From Nitrososphaerota archaeon (GTDB taxonomy: Archaea > Thermoproteota > Nitrososphaeria > PSMU01), in NCBI GenBank assembly GCA_040290255.1, contig PSMU01000001.1, forward strand, positions 30,958 to 94,957: a DNA stretch of 64,000 nucleotides. The letters run 5' to 3'. The position numbers were made by a program, and so were the translations under genes. Of this stretch, positions 35,719 through 43,589 are shown piece by piece (position 1 is the first letter of the stretch; each line of letters starts with the position of its first letter). The notes below the pieces were generated by a model. The model ran no database searches and was not told the DNA's origin. It saw nothing but the letters and a program-made list of their open reading frames with translations.

Positions 35719-35736
35719 GGCCCGGAGCCGGGCCTA

Positions 35737-35757
35737 AAGGCTTTTAAGGTTTAAGGC
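35737..35757. promoter_or_regulatory. Shared AT-rich core between divergent uS11 and PAC2 genes (60-bp spacer)
   Basis: aaggcttttaaggtttaaggc lies about 29 bp from TTG 35718 and about 32 bp from GTG 35779. Confidence 0.4.
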
Positions 35758-35778
35758 CCTCATCGAGCGGAATCAGCT

Positions 35779-36549
35779 GTGAGTGAGAAAGTAATCATGC
35801 TAGAAAAGCCCGTACTGCATGAGCCCGTGCTGGTGGTGGGTCTTCCTGGATCCGGACTCGTGGGCAAGCTAGCCGTGGACCACCTGATAAGCCTCTTTGG
35901 CGGGAAGCTCTTTGCTGAGATATACTCCTACCGCTTCCCTCCCTATCTTGTAATAAAACAGGACGGGTCCTCGAGGCTGCTTAGAAACGAGCTATATTAC
36001 TTGCATGTCAACGATATAAACCAAGATCTCATCGTCCTTACAGGCGACGCGCAGCCCTCCGATCCCGTAGGCCAGTATGCGCTGAGCGACAGGGCCCTAG
36101 ATATAGCGGAGAGCTATGATGCGAAGCTAGTCGTGAGCCTTGCAGCGTACATAACGTACAGCCTCTCCAGCCCACCCATCAGCGTTTACGGGGTCACAAC
36201 GCATAGTGAGCTCGTGCCCAAGCTACAGCAGATAGGCGTTAAGGTGATGGATGAAGGGAACATAAGCGGCATGAACGGCCTAGTGTTAGGTCTAGCTAAG
36301 CTTAGGAATATGAAGGGCGTATGCTTCCTCGGGGAGACCTCGGGCTATGTGGTCGACCCTATGGCCGCGGGCGCCACCCTAGAAGCGCTGGGCAGGTTCT
36401 TGGGGTTCACGATCGACGTGAAGTCCCTGCAGGAGAAGCAGAAGGAAGTTAGCGAATTCGTCAAGTCATTGCGTGAGTTCCAGCGCAGGGTCGAGGAAGA
36501 AAGGGCCAAAGCGGGAGAGCAGGCAAAGGACCTGGGCTACATAAGCTAG
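35779..36549 (+). CDS. PAC2-family proteasome assembly chaperone (PbaA/B-like)
   Basis: HEPVLVVGLPGSGLVGKLAVDHLI...ISGMNGLVLGLA, and a C-terminal coiled coil. COG1938-like pattern recalled from memory. Confidence 0.65.
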   Translation: MSEKVIMLEKPVLHEPVLVVGLPGSGLVGKLAVDHLISLFGGKLFAEIYSYRFPPYLVIKQDGSSRLLRNELYYLHVNDINQDLIVLTGDAQPSDPVGQYALSDRALDIAESYDAKLVVSLAAYITYSLSSPPISVYGVTTHSELVPKLQQIGVKVMDEGNISGMNGLVLGLAKLRNMKGVCFLGETSGYVVDPMAAGATLEALGRFLGFTIDVKSLQEKQKEVSEFVKSLREFQRRVEEERAKAGEQAKDLGYIS

Positions 36550-36574
36550 CGCCTTAGCACGTATAATAGCCCCA

Positions 36575-36964
36575 CTAAACTAGGTCCTCTTCCGTGCCCA
36601 CCTTCCTAAGGGCCTTGGGCGGGAGTTTGACGTCAATCTTGAACTCCGAGGGCGTAAATTTCTTCAGCTGAGGCTTGGTAAGCACAAGCGCACATCGGTT
36701 ATCGGGGAGCCTCTTATTTATGAAGCAGTCCGCGTAGATGCAGGAGGGGCCCAAGCAGTCGGCCTGGAACCAAGTGCAATACATTCTGCCGGCCCTTATC
36801 TCTAGGGCCCTCTTATTACACTTGAAGTGTATACAGCGGGCCCAGCACAGGCCCTGCGGGTCGGGGCCTTCAACCCTTAGCGGTTGCCTTTGCGGCAGAG
36901 GCTGAGGGCCGGGCCTGCCCGACTCCCTAGACATGCTCCTTCTACCTACGCCCGTTGAGCCCAC
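36575..36964 (-). CDS. Cys-rich hypothetical protein (7 Cys in about 45 aa); start uncertain (GTG 36964 or ATG 36934)
   Basis: CWARCIHFKCNKRALEIRAGRMYCTWFQADCLGPSCIYADC, preceded by a Pro/Gly-rich N-terminus. No family recognised. Confidence 0.45.
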   Translation of the reverse strand: MGSTGVGRRSMSRESGRPGPQPLPQRQPLRVEGPDPQGLCWARCIHFKCNKRALEIRAGRMYCTWFQADCLGPSCIYADCFINKRLPDNRCALVLTKPQLKKFTPSEFKIDVKLPPKALRKVGTEEDLV

Positions 36965-37017
36965 GCTGAGCTAATAAGCCTTATGGTAAGCTCGCTCTTC
37001 GCCGGCGCTCAGGATCT

Positions 37018-37911
37018 TTACCATTTTCTTACGTCCCCCTCCAGCAGGCCGGAGCCTATGTGCACGCGATCGATATGCCGACTCAGTTCCTTTTCATCTT
37101 CAAACGCCGATAGGCAGTAGGGGCATCTGAGCGATGGAGCTCTTGTTATGCTGACCTCTGGCTTGACGGCGTAGTATGTGGGATCCTCGACTCCTGCCTT
37201 CAGGAAGGCCAAGGCCCTGCGCTTGCAGTTAGAGCAACGGCCACAGTGAATGGGAACCCTGTCCCCGTTATGCTTCGTGAATCCCAGCCCTCCCGCATAA
37301 CAACTATAGGTAAACTGCCAAGGTACCGAAAGCTCCTCGCCCAGCTTCACCACCGCATCCTTGTCATAGCCTATTAGGGGAGCATGAAACCTATATCCTC
37401 CGTGGAAGGTCGCGTGCTCCTGAAGAGCGTTCAACGCGTTAATGAACTCAGGCGTGTTGTCGCGCATGGCGACAGGGGTCTCCCTCCTTATACCGAAGTA
37501 AATGTCGTAGCGCTCTCCCTTAGAGAGGTAAAGCGACTCAGCATGCGCTAGCGCCACTAAGCCAAGAAGGGCATTTCTAACGGGATCCCACCACCATTGC
37601 ATGCGCTTCTTGGCCTTTTCTATATCATTCAATTCTTCCATGCGCGTTTCAGGAATGGCCACGCCAGGCTTAGTCAGCAACGAGGTGCTCAGCCTACCGA
37701 GCCACGTTATATCCACCGTGATCAGCCCGCTTTTCATTATCTGTGCTATCCTTGAGACGCAGTACCTCTCCTCCGAAGCCGTCCTCTGGCCGTAGTCACA
37801 GAAGAGCAATAACAGCTTGGGCACAGCCAACTTCTTGTATACGTAAAAGGCCGTGGTGATGGAGTCAACCCCACCGGACGTAAGGATTATCGCGTTTCTG
37901 GCCTCGCCCAC
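37018..37911 (-). CDS. queC: QueC-like PP-loop ATPase (7-cyano-7-deazaguanine synthase) with a C-terminal C2H2 zinc-finger extension
   Basis: GTG start. PP-loop ILTSGGVDS. QueC Zn cluster SCY...HCGRCSNCKRR. An extra tail of about 60 aa carries CPYCLSAFEDEKELSRHIDRVH (37060..37125). Confidence 0.8.
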   Translation of the reverse strand: MGEARNAIILTSGGVDSITTAFYVYKKLAVPKLLLLFCDYGQRTASEERYCVSRIAQIMKSGLITVDITWLGRLSTSLLTKPGVAIPETRMEELNDIEKAKKRMQWWWDPVRNALLGLVALAHAESLYLSKGERYDIYFGIRRETPVAMRDNTPEFINALNALQEHATFHGGYRFHAPLIGYDKDAVVKLGEELSVPWQFTYSCYAGGLGFTKHNGDRVPIHCGRCSNCKRRALAFLKAGVEDPTYYAVKPEVSITRAPSLRCPYCLSAFEDEKELSRHIDRVHIGSGLLEGDVRKW

Positions 37912-37992
37912 GGTGCAGTCTCCCCGTCCTGCCTTATCTGTTTATCACTTCGCTACTTAAGAATAAATAGGGGCGCCTCCATGTGAGTAAAG

Positions 37993-38865
37993 GTGCAGCC
38001 TTTGTTATCACTTGAGACCTCGTTGGGCGACGTCGCCAGAACCAAGCTGGTCACGCTAAACCATAAGGATACGCTGGCGGAGGCCGTAAGGAGAATCGTC
38101 AGGGAGAGCTTCAGGAGGGTGCCCATCGTGGATGACGAGGGGTATCTGCTGGGCCTGAGTAATGCCATGGACCTGCTGACGGTCGTATACAGGGCCTACA
38201 GGCTGTCAGCCCAGAAGGGCGATTACAGCATATTTAGAAGGGTCATAGAAAGGCCGCTGGGGGAGTTCAACTGGCTTAACTACATCTGCCTCCCCGCGCA
38301 GACCCCCTTAGCGGATGCCATACGCGCTATGTGGAGAAAGGGCGTGGGGGTCGTGGTCCTACTCGAAGAGGGCAAGCCCACGGGCATCCTAACCGAGAGG
38401 GATATCGTAATCCGCCTTACCAAGGAGCCTGCCCTGCAGGAGTATGTTTCAAGGCATATGACCAAGGACTTCTATAAGGCTTCGGCGGATGCCCCCCTGA
38501 GGGACGTCCTCGAGAAGATGGTGGAGGTGGGGATTCGCCGCATACCCATCTTCGATGGCGAGGAGTTGGCCGGCCTGTTAAGGGAGAAGGACGCGCTGTC
38601 GTCCATCGCCACCCATTTAACCAAGCCCGAGGAGCTGAATAGGCTCCTACAGGAACCCGTCATCAAGGTCAGCTCAGCAAAGCCGCCCTCCGTGTACCCA
38701 GAGGCATCACTGAGCTATGCCGCCTCGCTGATGTCAGAGCTGGGCCTTGGCATCCTGATGGTCTATAATGGCCAGAGGTACTTAGGCGTCCTGACCGAGA
38801 AGGATATTCTGACCGCGCTCGTTAAGAGGCACCCGCACCTACGTCCCTTAAGGCTCAGGAGTTAG
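37993..38865 (+). CDS. CBS-domain protein (four CBS repeats)
   Basis: Repeated pattern ...RVPIVDDEGYLLGLSNAMDLL / VGVVVLLEEGKPTGILTERDIV / IRRIPIFDGEELAGLLREKDAL / GILMVYNGQRYLGVLTEKDIL. Confidence 0.85.
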   Translation: MQPLLSLETSLGDVARTKLVTLNHKDTLAEAVRRIVRESFRRVPIVDDEGYLLGLSNAMDLLTVVYRAYRLSAQKGDYSIFRRVIERPLGEFNWLNYICLPAQTPLADAIRAMWRKGVGVVVLLEEGKPTGILTERDIVIRLTKEPALQEYVSRHMTKDFYKASADAPLRDVLEKMVEVGIRRIPIFDGEELAGLLREKDALSSIATHLTKPEELNRLLQEPVIKVSSAKPPSVYPEASLSYAASLMSELGLGILMVYNGQRYLGVLTEKDILTALVKRHPHLRPLRLRS

Positions 38866-38870
38866 CCCGC

Positions 38871-40337
38871 CTATCCCTTTATGACGCCCAGCGGCACCAA
38901 TCTCACGACCTTGGTGGCGATCTTCAGCGCATGGCTCGTTTCGACGACCTCGTCGACATCCTTATACGCCTGGGGCACCTCTTCTGCCGCTCCCTTCCAG
39001 CTGGGCGTTTCTATGTAGACCCCCTTTTCTTGCATTATCTGCTTTACCTTGTCGCCATATTGCCTGACCGCCGCCGAGCGGCTCATCATGCGCCCGGCGC
39101 CATGGGCCGTCGTTCCGAAGCTAAGCTCGTAGCTGTTTGCATGTCCTAGGAGCACCCAGCTGGCCGTGCCCATGCTGCCGGGGATTAGCACCGGCTGTCC
39201 GAGATCCTGATAATCCCTAGGTATGAGTGGCGAGCCGGCGGCGAAACTCCTCGTTGCCCCCTTTCTATGAACCAGCACCTGTTTTCGCTCCCCATTTACC
39301 TTATGTTCCTCGACCTTGGCTATATTATGGGCCACATCGTAGACGAGCCTCATGCCCAGGGCCTCAGCGCTATTTTTGAAGACGCGCTCAAAGCTGAGCC
39401 GCGTCCAGTGCGTTATGAGCTGGCGGTTCGCCCAGGCGTAATTGCAGGCCGCATGCATGGCCGCCCTGTAATCCAGGCCTTCCCTACTGTTCACAGGGAC
39501 ACAGACCAGTTCCCTATCGGGCACGCTGATATTGTACCTCCTCATTGCCTGCTCGCTGATTCTAAGGTAATCGCTGCAGACTTGGTGGCCAAAGCCCCTG
39601 CTGCCGCAATGAATGAGCACGGTGATCTGGCCCACCTCATAGATCCCCATTCGCTTAGCGGCTTGCTCATCGAAGATGGCATCCACCCTCTGCACTTCAA
39701 GAAAGTGGTTCCCACTGCCCAGGGTCCCGAGCTCGGGCGCCCCCCTCCTCTTGGCCATTTCGCTCACCTTGGTGGGATCCGCGCCCTTCATCTGACCCTC
39801 CTCCTCGGCCCTTCTGTAATCCTCCTCCCAGCCATAGCCGTTGGCCACGGCCCACTTCGCGCCTTCTACTAGCACGTCATCCAGCTGCGAAGGACTTAGC
39901 CTTACCGTATGGTGGACCGCGCCCACGCCCGTGGGCACCTTCGTGAAGAGCTCATGCACCAGCTCCTTAATCCTGGGCCTGACGTCCTTCTCGTGCAGGT
40001 TTGTCGCTATGAGCCGTACGCCGCAGTTGATGTCATAGCCAACGGCGCCGCTCGATATGATGCCTCCATCTAAGTCCGTGGCCAAGACGCCCCCCACGGG
40101 CATGCCATAGCCTTCATGGGCGTCGGGCAGCAGGACGACGTGCTTTTGCGCGCCCTGCAGATGGGCTACATTAACCGCCTGGTCGATCGTCCGATCGGTC
40201 ATCATCTTATCCAAGAGCTTCCTGCTGGCGTAGATCGTGACGGGTACCCTCATACCGGGCTTGGCGTCCTTAGGTATCTGCCAGACATATTCGCTGATCT
40301 GCCGCAGGGGATACCTAAAGCTAACTAGAGCGCTCAT
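38871..40337 (-). CDS. rtcB: RtcB RNA (tRNA-splicing) ligase
   Basis: LPDAHEGYGMPVGGV, GYDINCGVRL, GSGNHFLE, HCGSRGFGHQ, AHGAGR. ATG lies 26 bp from the TATA-like box ggcttaaatagc. Confidence 0.95.
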   Translation of the reverse strand: MSALVSFRYPLRQISEYVWQIPKDAKPGMRVPVTIYASRKLLDKMMTDRTIDQAVNVAHLQGAQKHVVLLPDAHEGYGMPVGGVLATDLDGGIISSGAVGYDINCGVRLIATNLHEKDVRPRIKELVHELFTKVPTGVGAVHHTVRLSPSQLDDVLVEGAKWAVANGYGWEEDYRRAEEEGQMKGADPTKVSEMAKRRGAPELGTLGSGNHFLEVQRVDAIFDEQAAKRMGIYEVGQITVLIHCGSRGFGHQVCSDYLRISEQAMRRYNISVPDRELVCVPVNSREGLDYRAAMHAACNYAWANRQLITHWTRLSFERVFKNSAEALGMRLVYDVAHNIAKVEEHKVNGERKQVLVHRKGATRSFAAGSPLIPRDYQDLGQPVLIPGSMGTASWVLLGHANSYELSFGTTAHGAGRMMSRSAAVRQYGDKVKQIMQEKGVYIETPSWKGAAEEVPQAYKDVDEVVETSHALKIATKVVRLVPLGVIKG

Positions 40338-40441
40338 AGCGCGTGAAAAGGCCTCTTGCTATTTAAGCCTAGCTGACCTGCCCCTTAGGGGATCAGGGGC
40401 AGGTGTGGAAGGCGCGCCACCTTATGAAGATGAGGCCTCTC

Positions 40442-40909
40442 CTAGGGAGCCTGCTTGGCGTCCCTCGCCTGAGCCCTCATGCCTACATCCCAGATGCTTG
40501 TGGTGAGCACGACCATCATGCCGAAGGTGGCCACTGCCACGGAGAGGTGGAGGGTTACAAGCACAGGCACGAGCTCCTGAAGGACCACCAGTCCTCCTAA
40601 CCAAATTTGAACCATTAAGAGCAGTAAGGCGAGCAGGCCCTTGGCCACCAGGCCCCTTTCTTTCCTCCTACGCAAAAGCAGATAGAGCACCGTCGACACC
40701 AGCAGTAGCCCGCTCAGGGCTGCCAGGAGCCTATGAGTCCATTCTATGAGGAGCGCCGCGGTCATGGGCTGTGGGAATAACTTTCCATGGCAAAGGGGCC
40801 AATCTGGACAGGCCAAGCCCGATCCCGTCTGCGTCGTGTACCCTCCCATGGAGACGGTAAGAAAGATGGCTATCGTAGCCGAGAGCGATAGGGTCCGTCC
40901 GGCATTCAT
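40442..40909 (-). CDS. ctaA: Short (half-size, about 4-TM) heme A synthase CtaA/COX15-like protein
   Basis: GGYTTQTGSGLACPDWPLCHGKL and EWTHR motifs. 155 aa with about 4 hydrophobic helices. Confidence 0.65.
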   Translation of the reverse strand: MNAGRTLSLSATIAIFLTVSMGGYTTQTGSGLACPDWPLCHGKLFPQPMTAALLIEWTHRLLAALSGLLLVSTVLYLLLRRRKERGLVAKGLLALLLLMVQIWLGGLVVLQELVPVLVTLHLSVAVATFGMMVVLTTSIWDVGMRAQARDAKQAP

Positions 40910-40941
40910 GCCGCCGCTTACCGTCGGTGCTTAAGAACTTT

Positions 40942-41106
40942 TTAATCATCCGGAAAGTAATAGCGCTTAACCACCCTATACCCCTTATCCGTCCTCGCCA
41001 ATTCCAGGTTCAGATAGCAGCGCTCGCAAAACGCCAGCCATACAGAGCCCTCTCCCTCTCGAATTGCTACTTCGTTCCCGCATTCACATGTTATGTTGGC
41101 CGTCAA
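40942..41106 (-). CDS. Small zinc-ribbon protein (54 aa, TTG start), unlisted in ORF track
   Basis: Own translation: MTANITCECGNEVAIREGEGSVWLAFCERCYLNLELARTDKGYRVVKRYYFPDD (CxC...CxxC). Starts 5 nt after the upstream gene's stop. Confidence 0.35.
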   Translation of the reverse strand: MTANITCECGNEVAIREGEGSVWLAFCERCYLNLELARTDKGYRVVKRYYFPDD

Positions 41107-41111
41107 GGCAC

Positions 41112-41684
41112 CTAAGGTCTCCTGCCCAAGGCGCTTCTGGGCACCTTGAACTCCCGCCCGCCCTGGAGTAAATTGACGTACCTGGCGAGCACAAAGAGAA
41201 GGGAGGAGAGCCTATTGATATAGGCTATGATTAGAGGGTTGAGGGCCTGCTCCCTGCTTAAACCGACCACGCGCCTTTCAGCCCTCCTACACACAGCCCT
41301 TGCCAAGTGCAGGTAAGCGCATGTCACCGAGCCGCCGGGCAGAATGAATTGACGAAGGGTAGGCAGCCTACTGTTGTACTCATCTATGAGCCTCTCCAGC
41401 CTCTTAAGGTGATGCTTGGTCGTCGTCCTTGCCGGCTTAACGCCCTCGCCCGCTGCCACCTCAGCACCTATGATGAATAGGTCTAGCTGAATCCGCCTAA
41501 GCAAACCAGCTATGGTCCTCTCTTTGGCGCCCAGCGAGCTTATGGCGATGCCCAACACCGAGTTAAGTTCGTCCAGCTCCCCTAGGACCTCCACCCTCTT
41601 ATCGTCCTTGGGCACCCTTTCGCCGCCATAGAGCGATGTGCGGCCATCGTCTCCTCTCCCGGTATACGCTATCGTTTTGCCCAT
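41112..41684 (-). CDS. PduO-type ATP:cob(I)alamin adenosyltransferase
   Basis: YTGRGDDGRTSLYGGERVPKDDKRVEVLGELDELNSVLG is the PduO/MMAB N-terminal signature. Confidence 0.85.
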   Translation of the reverse strand: MGKTIAYTGRGDDGRTSLYGGERVPKDDKRVEVLGELDELNSVLGIAISSLGAKERTIAGLLRRIQLDLFIIGAEVAAGEGVKPARTTTKHHLKRLERLIDEYNSRLPTLRQFILPGGSVTCAYLHLARAVCRRAERRVVGLSREQALNPLIIAYINRLSSLLFVLARYVNLLQGGREFKVPRSALGRRP

Positions 41685-41717
41685 GGATCCCTACCTTTCA
41701 TAGAATCAGCGCACGCT

Positions 41718-42023
41718 TTAGAATTTATGCTTGTGCTCTGCTGAGTGAAGCTTGAACGTGAAATCTCCTCGGATCAGCCTCTCTTGGAGCGAGAGCTCCA
41801 GTTCCCTTACCTCATTCTCATCCAGGCCCAGCTCTTTTAGGCCCCTCTTCGCAGCCCTCGTAAAGGAGACCGAGGCGTTAAAGCCGCCTATTCTGCCGAA
41901 AGTGACGCCGCTAAAACGAAAGCGCCTCCCCTCAACCTCTATGTAGCCCCTAATAAGGTGTGCGTGGGAATCCTCGTCGCCTTTGGCGCTGTAGACCACG
42001 ACCGTGAATTTCTTATGTTTCAT
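41718..42023 (-). CDS. Hypothetical protein (101 aa)
   Basis: ORF with His/Lys-rich termini. Overlaps the upstream small gene by 11 nt. No motif recognised. Confidence 0.45.
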   Translation of the reverse strand: MKHKKFTVVVYSAKGDEDSHAHLIRGYIEVEGRRFRFSGVTFGRIGGFNASVSFTRAAKRGLKELGLDENEVRELELSLQERLIRGDFTFKLHSAEHKHKF

Positions 42024-42246
42024 CAGAAGCTTGCTCCTCCACGAACTCTATCCTCCTCTCCTCCTTGCTGACCCAGCTTACCCTAATCAAGCCGTTTATC
42101 TCAAAGGCGAGCAGTTCTTTATTTAGGTCACGCTGGGCGACATCCCCATATTCGCGTTTTAACTTCTGAAGCAGGTCCTTGTCCGTCATGACCTTCTGCT
42201 CCTTTAACATCGTATAAATCACGTAGCGGAGCGGCGGTTTGAGCAT
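42013..42246 (-). CDS. Small hypothetical protein, possibly winged-helix-like (77 aa from Met29 of ORF 42013..42330)
   Basis: ATG 42246 is preceded by GAGGTAGG and a TATA-like box ctttgtttaagagg about 37 bp upstream. MLKPPLRYVIYTMLKEQKVMTDKDLLQKLKREYG...INGLIRVSWVSKEERRIEF. The N-terminal 28 codons of the long ORF look non-coding. Confidence 0.4.
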   Translation of the reverse strand: MLKPPLRYVIYTMLKEQKVMTDKDLLQKLKREYGDVAQRDLNKELLAFEINGLIRVSWVSKEERRIEFVEEQASDET

Positions 42247-42522
42247 TTTTCCTACCTCGGCCCTTCCGCAGATGTGCCTCTTAAACAAAGCCATGGGGCC
42301 TGGCCTGGCTCGCCAAGGCAGGGAGCCCATAGCTGGGACTAAATGCCAAGAAAGGCGGGCGCTCTACCAGATGGCTTGTCCTCCGGCTCCTTTTGGTCCC
42401 TCGCGCACATACTCCTGAGCCGAAGTCATGCTTCAGCTTAATTATAGCGGCCTACTCTAAGGCATGCAAGCATAGCGGCTCTTGAGCATATATGGGACAG
42501 AGCGAGCGGCGGTCCTGAGCCA

Positions 42523-43359
42523 TCATAGCTTCACCGCGACATTCAGAATGGCCAAAGTACACAGGAGCGCCTCTTCAGACCTAACGGTGGCCACGTGCTG
42601 CTCGGGGATCGTGTTTAGAATGTAGTGCGCGATGCCTTCAAGCCTTGCGCCTTCGTCCCCCACGATCTCATACAGTCCACGGGCAGGTGAGCCAAATGCT
42701 ACCAAGACCGATGAGGCCCGCTTTAAGTTATCGATCACCTCCTGCCAAACAAGGTGAACGGGCGTTCCTTCCCTCGCCGTGGCCACAAAGAGCGATGGTG
42801 CATAACGCCTGAGCAGCGTCAGGAGGCCGCCCACCTTATGGACCGTGAAACCCCATCCCCTTGGCAACTGATTTTTATTGGCCAGCTCGCCCATCATACG
42901 AGCTCCTCTTCTAACGACCCTGACCGTGACCCTAGTGCCAGGCCGGGCCTCCGCGAGCAGCTCCAGGGGGTCGCTTAGCCCCACATCGGCCACCAACTTG
43001 GAACCAGCGCGCTTTACGATGCCCTCTCTCAGCTCCCCTTCCTTAAGCTCGGAGAGTGGGATGTATTCTTTATGATGGACCATTTTGAGGGGAGGAAGCA
43101 GCCCCGCGAACTTGAGCTCAGGCTTAATTGGGAATAGTGCGCGCCTTAGGTAGGGAGGCGTCTCCATATAGCTCAGGAGGAGAGATACGAGGTGGGCGTC
43201 TTCATCCTTGCCGTCCCTCCTATCACGATAAATGAAAACGCGCTCTACGCCAAAGATCGCAACCGCCCTGCCTATCAGGCCTACCTTCTCGGTCTTTTCT
43301 CTCAGCGTAGAGCACTCCATCAGGATGCTATCCGGTATGGCCACCCAGAGCCTCTGCAC
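42523..43359 (-). CDS. SPOUT-superfamily methyltransferase (DUF171/COG2106, SPOUT1-like)
   Basis: LWVAIPDSIL...KVGLIGRAVAIFGVERVFIYRD...VLVAFGSPARGLYEI...NTIPEQHVATVRSEEAL. The start is either GTG 43359 or TTG 43374. Confidence 0.65.
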   Translation of the reverse strand: MQRLWVAIPDSILMECSTLREKTEKVGLIGRAVAIFGVERVFIYRDRRDGKDEDAHLVSLLLSYMETPPYLRRALFPIKPELKFAGLLPPLKMVHHKEYIPLSELKEGELREGIVKRAGSKLVADVGLSDPLELLAEARPGTRVTVRVVRRGARMMGELANKNQLPRGWGFTVHKVGGLLTLLRRYAPSLFVATAREGTPVHLVWQEVIDNLKRASSVLVAFGSPARGLYEIVGDEGARLEGIAHYILNTIPEQHVATVRSEEALLCTLAILNVAVKL

Positions 43360-43403
43360 AAGAGCGGATAGCAAGCGATAAATTAACGGTTTCCTCGCGA
43401 GAG

Positions 43404-43583
43404 ATGTTGGCTCAGGACGATATATGGAGAAAGGGAAGTAAGACTAAATGTCCACGCTGCGGCTACGACGTTATAATGCCCCTTAAGCCTAGCGACAGCA
43501 AAGTCGCCAGGGTATGGGACTTTTACTGCACCCGATGCGGTTATACATGGACGGCCGACTCCCCAGTCGAGGATGTGGTATAG
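43404..43583 (+). CDS. Small zinc-ribbon protein (59 aa), just below ORF-track cutoff
   Basis: Own translation: MLAQDDIWRKGSKTKCPRCGYDVIMPLKPSDSKVARVWDFYCTRCGYTWTADSPVEDVV (CPRCG...CTRCG). Ends 6 nt before thiL. Confidence 0.5.
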   Translation: MLAQDDIWRKGSKTKCPRCGYDVIMPLKPSDSKVARVWDFYCTRCGYTWTADSPVEDVV

Positions 43584-43589
43584 CAGGTC

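Noticed and set aside
42340-42400. A tRNA gene or split-tRNA half on the minus strand (TGGTAGAGCGCCCGCC).
   Set aside because: Only a D-loop to anticodon-stem-like 16-mer is present. There is no acceptor stem, no complementary D-stem strand, no anticodon-stem 3' strand and no T arm within reach. It is kept only as part of the non-coding-region finding.
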